DNA from: an uncultured bacterium
GTDB lineage: Bacteria; Margulisbacteria; CAYMKA01
NCBI GenBank assembly: GCA_964390935.1
Contig: CAYMKA010000001.1
Span: 1-49,226, forward strand
DNA length: 49,226 nt
Reading direction: 5' to 3'
Shown: positions 43,495 to 49,226 of the stretch, piece by piece
Layout: each line of letters starts with the position of its first letter
Position numbering within the stretch: the first letter of the stretch is position 1
Translations under genes and position numbers: made by a program
The notes under the pieces: generated by a model
The model's input: the letters and a program-made list of their open reading frames with translations, nothing else
Databases searched by the model: none
Told to the model about the DNA's origin: nothing

Positions 43495-44600
43495 TACAGA
43501 ATGCGCTGACTGGTTACCGTATCAAATAAATGCATTTTGTTTAAATTAAAAAATACGGGGAAGGTCTGTCCAATATTTCCCAGAATATGAGAATCAACAC
43601 GCACGGCCATGGTGGTATTACCCACCTTCACGTGAATGAAATTCTCACTGCCTAAAAGTTCAGAAAAATCGACTTTAGCATTCAGGCTTGGCATTTCTTG
43701 CTTTAACCAATCGGCCGCTGTTTTGTCATATAAATCAGAAGGACGAACGCCAAGAGTAGTTGGTTTATTTAATACTTTTTCAAATTCACTATTTAAATTA
43801 GCTGGCAATGGTAATTTAAAATCACCCGCTTCAAAAGAATAAACATCGCCTTTTTTAGAAATACGGCCGTCCATAAAATTCATGGCAGGAGAACCTACAA
43901 AGCCAGCCACAAAACGGTTCGCGGGTTGATCGTAAACCGTAATCGCATTTTCACATTGCTGCATTTTGCCTTCATTCATAATGGCAATACGATCGCCCAA
44001 AGTCATGGCTTCGGTTTGATCGTGAGTGACATAAATAACCGTTGTCTTTAAATTATTATGAATTTTTTTAATTTCGCCACGGGTATGAACGCGCAGTTTT
44101 GCATCTAAGTTTGAAAGAGGTTCGTCCATTAAAAATACAGCCGGATGACGCACAATCGCACGGCCCAAAGCCACACGCTGTCTTTGTCCACCTGACAGTT
44201 CACGAGGCTTACGCGCTAATAGTTTAGAGAGCTGCAAAATTTCAGAGGCTTCCGCAATACGTTCTTCGATTACTTTTTTTTCGACTTTGCGCAGTTTTAA
44301 TCCAAATTCTAAATTTTCTTTAACTGACATATGCGGATAAAGCGCATAGTTTTGAAAAACCATCGCAATATCACGATCTTTAGGATGAACGTCATTCACT
44401 AGTCTGTCACCGATGGCAATAGATCCAGAAGAAACTTCTTCAAGGCCCGCTACCATTCGAAGGGTTGTTGTTTTGCCACAGCCCGAAGGTCCCACTAATA
44501 CTAAAAATTCACCATCAGCGATTTCTAAATTCACATGATCCACAACGTTATTTTTTCCGTCGAAGGTCTTTACCAGATCTTTTAAAGTCACTTTTGCCAA
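43494..44600 (-). CDS. ABC transporter ATP-binding protein, MalK/UgpC/MsmX type with a C-terminal regulatory domain
   Basis: VLVGPSGCGKTTTLRMVAGLEE (Walker A), LSGGQRQRVALGRAI (signature), FLMDEPLSNLDA (Walker B), plus a ~120-aa TOBE-like tail. Confidence 0.9.
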   Translation of the reverse strand: MAKVTLKDLVKTFDGKNNVVDHVNLEIADGEFLVLVGPSGCGKTTTLRMVAGLEEVSSGSIAIGDRLVNDVHPKDRDIAMVFQNYALYPHMSVKENLEFGLKLRKVEKKVIEERIAEASEILQLSKLLARKPRELSGGQRQRVALGRAIVRHPAVFLMDEPLSNLDAKLRVHTRGEIKKIHNNLKTTVIYVTHDQTEAMTLGDRIAIMNEGKMQQCENAITVYDQPANRFVAGFVGSPAMNFMDGRISKKGDVYSFEAGDFKLPLPANLNSEFEKVLNKPTTLGVRPSDLYDKTAADWLKQEMPSLNAKVDFSELLGSENFIHVKVGNTTMAVRVDSHILGNIGQTFPVFFNLNKMHLFDTVTSQRIL

Positions 44601-44604
44601 GTTT

Positions 44605-45045
44605 TTATCCTTTCGAAAAAAGCTTTACCATCTCAATCAGAGATAAAGCGGCAGAACGGCCCTTATTATTAAGGTCATCGCTACTCCTCGCAACCGCCTG
44701 AGCCAAGTTTTTAGTTGCCAAAACTTCAAAAATAATGGGCTTTTCGTATTGCAAAGAAAGATCGCTGACCTTTCTCGTAACAGTGTCCACGATCAGCCTA
44801 AAATGATCGGTTTCGCCTTCAATCACACAACCTAAAGTGATTACGCCCTGCAAATTTTTATTTTTTTTAAGGACATTTTGAACCATGAGCGGAATTTCAA
44901 AAGCTCCAGGCACCCAAATAATGTCGATTTGTTCTTGAGAAATATTTTTTTCTTTTAAAGTCTTTAAACATGCTGAGAGCAGGTTTTGGGTAATTGATTC
45001 ATTAAAACGAGAAATGACAATCGCAACCGTTTTTTTCATATTCAA
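44605..45045 (-). CDS. ribH: 6,7-dimethyl-8-ribityllumazine synthase
   Basis: VAIVISRFNESITQNLL...VPGAFEIPL...GCVIEGETDHFRLI... 146 aa, directly downstream of ribBA. Confidence 0.9.
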   Translation of the reverse strand: MNMKKTVAIVISRFNESITQNLLSACLKTLKEKNISQEQIDIIWVPGAFEIPLMVQNVLKKNKNLQGVITLGCVIEGETDHFRLIVDTVTRKVSDLSLQYEKPIIFEVLATKNLAQAVARSSDDLNNKGRSAALSLIEMVKLFSKG

Positions 45046-45049
45046 ATCT

Positions 45050-46270
45050 TTAGTCTTTATTCTTTTTTAGTAGATGGCCTAATTTTAATTCTTTGGTCTT
45101 TAAATAAGCGGCATTATAAACATTGGGTTCGTTTTCAATGGACATACGGTCAATCACCGATAAGCCGTAGCCTTCGATGCCCACCACTTTGCGGGGATTA
45201 TTAGTTAATAGTCTTAAAGTGGTTAAGCCTAAATCACTCAATATTTGAGCTCCCACGCCATAATCACGCAAATCATCTTCGAATCCGAGTAAACGATTCG
45301 CTTCGACGGTGTCATGCCCCTGATCCTGCAGAGCATAGGCTTTAATTTTATTGAGCAGTCCAATACCGCGGCCCTCTTGGCGGATATATAAAATAACGCC
45401 CCGGCCTTCTTTAGCAATCATTTCCATCGCAGCGGCCAATTGCCAGCCACAGTCACAGCGTTGAGAGCCAAACACATCGCCGGTTAAACATTCACTATGC
45501 ACACGCACCATCACATCACGCACTTTTTCGACATCGCCATAAACTAAAGCCACATGCTCTTTGTTATTGACCTTATCTTCATATCCAATAATTTTAAATT
45601 CACCGTAAAGGGTGGGTAATTTTGCTTCACTGACACGCTGTACAAAACGAGATTTACGCAAACGATAACTAATTAATTCGGCAATGGAGATAATTTTAAG
45701 TTTGTATTCCTTAGCAAAACTAACCAAGTCATCCAGACGAGCCATGTGTCCGTCATCTTTAATAATTTCACAAATGATTCCGGCTTTACTAAAACCAGCG
45801 AGTTCAGCCAAATCAACAGCGGCTTCGGTGTGTCCGGCACGCTGCAACACTCCACCCGCTTTAGCGCGCAGTGGAAAAATATGGCCAGGACGATTTAAAT
45901 CACTAGGCACAGTATTTTCATCAATTAATTTTTGAATGGTGATAGATCGATCGGCAGCCGAGATTCCGGTAGTCGTTCCAAATTTAGTGGCCGCATCCAC
46001 TGAAACCATAAAAGCAGTTTTCATCGATTCCGTATTATCAAAAACCATTTCTTTAAGCGCCAATTTATCGAGACGTTCACTCGTCAGAGGAACACAAACG
46101 AGCCCTCTGCCTTTTTGAATCATAAAGTTAATCGCTTCAGGAGTGACCTTTTCAGCAGCCATCACTAAATCGCCTTCGTTTTCGCGATTTTCATCGTCGA
46201 CAACGACAATCATTTTGCCGGCGGCAATGTCAGCAATCGCATCTTCGATAGAATCAAATTGTGAAGGCAT
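45050..46270 (-). CDS. ribBA: Bifunctional 3,4-dihydroxy-2-butanone-4-phosphate synthase / GTP cyclohydrolase II
   Basis: The N-terminal half has [16 protein letters not shown]...[10 protein letters not shown]. The C-terminal half has [24 protein letters not shown]...[23 protein letters not shown]. Confidence 0.93.
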   Translation of the reverse strand: MPSQFDSIEDAIADIAAGKMIVVVDDENRENEGDLVMAAEKVTPEAINFMIQKGRGLVCVPLTSERLDKLALKEMVFDNTESMKTAFMVSVDAATKFGTTTGISAADRSITIQKLIDENTVPSDLNRPGHIFPLRAKAGGVLQRAGHTEAAVDLAELAGFSKAGIICEIIKDDGHMARLDDLVSFAKEYKLKIISIAELISYRLRKSRFVQRVSEAKLPTLYGEFKIIGYEDKVNNKEHVALVYGDVEKVRDVMVRVHSECLTGDVFGSQRCDCGWQLAAAMEMIAKEGRGVILYIRQEGRGIGLLNKIKAYALQDQGHDTVEANRLLGFEDDLRDYGVGAQILSDLGLTTLRLLTNNPRKVVGIEGYGLSVIDRMSIENEPNVYNAAYLKTKELKLGHLLKKNKD

Positions 46271-46370
46271 AAGAGCGTTATTCTAACTGAGGAAAGGTTA
46301 TTGAGGGAGTCAAAGGCTTTGAAACCGGACCTATCAATCATTTAAGATAGAGAAAAAAGAGCGAGGACAT

Positions 46371-46724
46371 ATGTTTAACAAACTAAGTGAATTAAATTAC
46401 AAAAGAAATTTTAAAGAAGCCTTTGGTTTTTATATTGCTTATTTGGTTTTAGGAACCATTGTGGCGGCACTTCTCGGCGCTGTTTTTGCCAGCAATAACT
46501 ACGGCAATGCTTTTGTCTTAGGTCAAAAATTTGCGATTATTTATTCACTCGCTTTATCGTTTTGGGTTTTAAAAGCAAAAAATTTACTTAAAAACTTTCC
46601 ACTGGTACTAGTCGCTTTTCTTTCAGGACTCATTGCTGTCATGGGTGGATTGTTACTGGGCCTTATTGCCACGGCTCACCTGACCACCAAAGCAAAAGGT
46701 TCTAAAGGGAAGAAAAGAAAATAA
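46371..46724 (+). CDS. Small hypothetical membrane protein
   Basis: 117 aa with three hydrophobic segments and a basic tail (KAKGSKGKKRK). A palindromic element follows it. Confidence 0.5.
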   Translation: MFNKLSELNYKRNFKEAFGFYIAYLVLGTIVAALLGAVFASNNYGNAFVLGQKFAIIYSLALSFWVLKAKNLLKNFPLVLVAFLSGLIAVMGGLLLGLIATAHLTTKAKGSKGKKRK

Positions 46725-46747
46725 GCTTTTTCAGAATTCTCGAATTT

Positions 46748-46817
46748 GGCCCCCCAACCCCCTAAAGGGGGTGAAAGTTTTTAAAACAAAGTCCTCCCTT
46801 TAGGGAGTTAGAGGGCC
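46748..46817. repeat. GC-rich imperfect palindromic element, copy C (diverged relative of 18311..18381)
   Basis: ggccccccaaccccctaaagggggtgaaagtttttaaaacaaagtcctccctttagggagttagagggcc. It has the same architecture and aligns along its whole length with copy A, with scattered mismatches. Confidence 0.7.
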
Positions 46818-46939
46818 TGATTTCATCACAAATACAACAGAAAAATTAGATGTTTATTGCTTTCTAAAAATGTGAAACATTTATAAATAGATAACGATAT
46901 ATGAGTATAGAAAGTTTTTGAAAAAATGGGAGCAAAGAC

Positions 46940-47290
46940 ATGTTTAATTTGAAAGCTTGGAGTGATCATGTAGAGATGAAGCTTAAAGAATTAGAAATTA
47001 TCTTAAAATCTAAGACGCTCATAAAAAAATTAGATGAAAAATTCAATCAATTAAAAAAAGAAGATCTCATTGCAGCCAAGAATTTTTTAGATGCGATTCA
47101 AGTTACTATGCTAAGTCATTCAAAAAAACGCACAGAAGAATCAGGAAAAATAGTGGACAAATTATGTGCTTGGTTTAAACCAACTATCGCCGATTTTTTT
47201 AAATCAGACCGCACAGAATATTTGAAGGCAATGCTTTGGGTAGAAACTGTTGAAGAAGTATTGAAAAGAACTTGGTCACTAAAAAAATAA
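46940..47290 (+). CDS. Hypothetical protein
   Basis: 116-aa ORF, helical and charged. No family recognised. Confidence 0.45.
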   Translation: MFNLKAWSDHVEMKLKELEIILKSKTLIKKLDEKFNQLKKEDLIAAKNFLDAIQVTMLSHSKKRTEESGKIVDKLCAWFKPTIADFFKSDRTEYLKAMLWVETVEEVLKRTWSLKK

Positions 47291-47291
47291 T

Positions 47292-47870
47292 TCACTTCTT
47301 AAACATCTTCACTAAATAATCAAACTCTAAGTTAACTAGACTGCCAACTTTGATTTGACCTAAGTTAGTGATTTTGCGAGTAATGGGAATAAGGGCCACT
47401 GAAAACTTATTTTTCTTTAAGCTTGCGATGGTTAAACTAATGCCGTTCACAACAACACTACCTTTTGGCACCATCCATTTTGTAAACGCTTTAGGAAATT
47501 CAATAAATACTTCATTTTGAGCCGAAATATTTTTAACCACACCGACCGTATCAATATGGCCTGTGACAATATGGCCGCTAATAGGAGTTTGCAGTGTTAA
47601 TGGTTTTTCTAAGTTGAGCAGATCATTCTTTTTCAAAGTTTTATATTTTGTTTTTGAAATCGTTTCAGGGATCAAATCAAAGAAAAAGTTTCTTCCTTTT
47701 TTACGAGTCAACGATAAACAAGTGCCGTCGATAGCAATCGAATCACCAATTTTAGATTTCGAAAAATATTTTGCCGCAGAAACACTTAATAAAACATTTA
47801 ATTCAAAAACATTTTTTCGAGGAGTTAATGAAATAAAGTGCGCTGTGTGCTCGATGATGCCTTGAAACAT
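47292..47870 (-). CDS. ribE: Riboflavin synthase (alpha chain)
   Basis: MFQGIIEHTAHFISL... plus the internal repeat ...GDSIAIDGTCLSL... / ...GSVVVNGISLTIA... Start moved to the ATG at 47870, which overlaps the nusB stop (TAATG). Confidence 0.88.
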   Translation of the reverse strand: MFQGIIEHTAHFISLTPRKNVFELNVLLSVSAAKYFSKSKIGDSIAIDGTCLSLTRKKGRNFFFDLIPETISKTKYKTLKKNDLLNLEKPLTLQTPISGHIVTGHIDTVGVVKNISAQNEVFIEFPKAFTKWMVPKGSVVVNGISLTIASLKKNKFSVALIPITRKITNLGQIKVGSLVNLEFDYLVKMFKK

Positions 47871-48268
47871 TAAAGTGTCTCCACCCATTTTCCTAAAATC
47901 CCGTTAATAAATTTTGCCGCCTCTGGAGTTGAAAACTTTTTTGCCAAATTTACAGCTTCATTTATCACCACACTAGCCGGAGCCTTCATATGTTTTATCT
48001 CATAAATCGCTAGCCGCATAATATTTTTATCAATAGGGGCGATGCGTTCAATTTTCCAACCCATCGCAAATTTCGAAATAATTTCATCCATCTCGGTTTT
48101 ATCTTTAATCACGCCTTCGACTAGCTGCGTTAAAAATTCTTCGGTGCCGGGATGAAATTCATCAGTTTCTAAAGTGCCTTTGATCGTTTCGGGAATATCT
48201 TTTTGCCCTAAATCAAGTTGATATAAAACCTGCATCGCAAGTCGTCTTGCTGTCGTTCTCTTACCCAT
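47870..48268 (-). CDS. nusB: Transcription antitermination factor NusB
   Basis: MGKRTTARRLAMQVLYQLDL...IERIAPIDKNIMRLAIYEI......VVINEAVNLAKKFS...AKFINGILG. Confidence 0.9.
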   Translation of the reverse strand: MGKRTTARRLAMQVLYQLDLGQKDIPETIKGTLETDEFHPGTEEFLTQLVEGVIKDKTEMDEIISKFAMGWKIERIAPIDKNIMRLAIYEIKHMKAPASVVINEAVNLAKKFSTPEAAKFINGILGKWVETL

Positions 48269-48274
48269 AAGATT

Positions 48275-49226
48275 TTATCCGCGGACTGCGGCCTTGGCTG
48301 CAGCGGGAGCAGGCTTTTTAAGCATGTGTTCAGCAATAAAGTTGGTTGCCACTCCGCCTTTTCTAAATTCAGGATTATCAATTACCATTTCATGAAATGG
48401 GATCGTCGTTGCAATGCCATCAATCACAAACTCATGTAGCGCACGTTTAGCACGATCAAGAGCTTCCTCTCGAGTTCTGCCTTTGATAATAAGTTTAGCC
48501 AACAATGAGTCGTAATTAGGAGGAATTTTATAACCAGGATAACCGTGACTATCGACACGAACACCAATGCCACCTGGTGGTAAAAATAATTTTACTAGGC
48601 CAGGACAGGGCATAAAATCTTTTTGCCAGTCTTCGGCATTCACACGAAACTCAAAAGCATGACCTTCAATTTTAATGTCCTCTTGTTTAATTTCTAATTT
48701 TTTACCCATCGCCACTTCAATTTGCATTTTGATTAAGTCATAACCCACAATCGATTCGGTTACAGGATGTTCCACCTGAATACGAGTATTCATTTCCATA
48801 AAATAAAAATTAAAATGTTTATCAAGTAAAAATTCGACAGTGCCTGCCCCTTCATACTTCACCGCTTTGGCCGCTGCGACTGCCGCTTCACCCATTTTTT
48901 TTCTAAGTTCAGGAGTCATGCCAGGGGCTGGTGCCTCTTCAATTAATTTTTGATTGCGGCGTTGCACTGAGCAATCGCGTTCGCCCAAATATAAACAGTT
49001 TCCAAAACGGTCTGCCATCACTTGAATTTCCACGTGACGTGGACCTTCCACTAATTTTTCTACATAACAATCGCCGTTCCCAAAGGCAGAAGCCGCCTCA
49101 GTGCTGGCTGTATAAAAAGCGCCTTTAAATTCTTCTTTTTTAAACACAGGTCTCATCCCGCGTCCGCCGCCGCCCGCAGTGGCTTTAATCATCACAGGAA
49201 AACCAATTTCTTCAGCCACCTGAAAA
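48275..49226 (-). CDS. accC: Acetyl-CoA carboxylase biotin carboxylase subunit, C-terminal ~315 codons (5' end beyond the window)
   Basis: ...EEIGFPVMIKATAGGGGRGMR...EKLVEGPRHVEIQVMAD..GN...LGERDCSVQRRNQKLIEEAP...EMNTRIQVEHPVTE... The reading frame stays open to the window edge, so the M on the track is an artefact of a GTG. Confidence 0.92.
   Translation of the reverse strand, partial: FQVAEEIGFPVMIKATAGGGGRGMRPVFKKEEFKGAFYTASTEAASAFGNGDCYVEKLVEGPRHVEIQVMADRFGNCLYLGERDCSVQRRNQKLIEEAPAPGMTPELRKKMGEAAVAAAKAVKYEGAGTVEFLLDKHFNFYFMEMNTRIQVEHPVTESIVGYDLIKMQIEVAMGKKLEIKQEDIKIEGHAFEFRVNAEDWQKDFMPCPGLVKLFLPPGGIGVRVDSHGYPGYKIPPNYDSLLAKLIIKGRTREEALDRAKRALHEFVIDGIATTIPFHEMVIDNPEFRKGGVATNFIAEHMLKKPAPAAAKAAVRG

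Noticed and set aside
46271-46370. FMN (RFN) riboswitch upstream of ribBA
   Set aside because: The intergenic region is only 100 bp and is shared with a divergent gene. On the minus strand it lacks the conserved RFN blocks I know (the ...GGTGAAATTCC... and ...CCGACGGT.AAAGTCCGGATG... type). No candidate is seen upstream of nusB-ribE either.
1-49226. CRISPR arrays, rRNA genes, additional tRNAs, toxin-antitoxin pairs or recognisable defence systems
   Set aside because: Reading through the intergenic regions showed no short regularly spaced direct repeats and no rRNA-like conserved blocks. No cloverleaf other than tRNA-Leu was found. The only antitoxin-like ORF (32105..32380) has no adjacent toxin partner.

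Overview
AT-rich 49.2-kb bacterial chromosomal window using the standard code (TAA, TAG and TGA all terminate recognisable genes). The cell type is diderm: there is a TPR/beta-barrel outer-membrane protein, a BcsB-like subunit and DsbA-like oxidoreductases. Housekeeping genes include rpsB at the left edge, and ribBA-ribH, nusB-ribE and an edge-truncated accC at the right. Between them lie tRNA-Leu(UAA), an ftsB/divIC-like gene plus an S1-domain gene, cysE, a MoeB-rhodanese / sulfite reductase / FNR module and a pterin cluster. The dominant feature is an apparently perfect 10,084-bp head-to-tail tandem duplication (8557..18640 = 18641..28724). Each unit carries a complete, translationally coupled, synthase-dependent exopolysaccharide operon of unusual hybrid composition. 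In transcription order it encodes a GH8 hydrolase, a membrane-anchored degenerate-GGDEF protein, a DUF2334-type deacetylase-like protein, a PilZ-less processive GT2 synthase, a BcsB-like subunit and a compact TPR/beta-barrel outer-membrane exporter. The unit also holds a divergent small secreted protein and a GC-rich palindromic element. The breakpoints fall inside yqeY (codon 22) and inside a TPR/YkgJ cysteine-cluster gene, which leaves two gene fragments at the novel junction. No mobile-element genes are present. Other notable items are a ParA-type ATPase fused to an AMPK-beta/CBM48-like carbohydrate-binding domain, a DUF3108-like gene interrupted by one in-frame TAA, and a 3' remnant of cfa. 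There is also a family of ~70-bp GC-rich palindromic elements, a PTPS-SDR-GT2 pterin operon, and a MalK-type ATPase coupled to an unassigned small membrane protein downstream of ribH. I recognised no CRISPR array, transposase, integrase or phage genes. All family calls are by-eye motif recognition; no database search was run.
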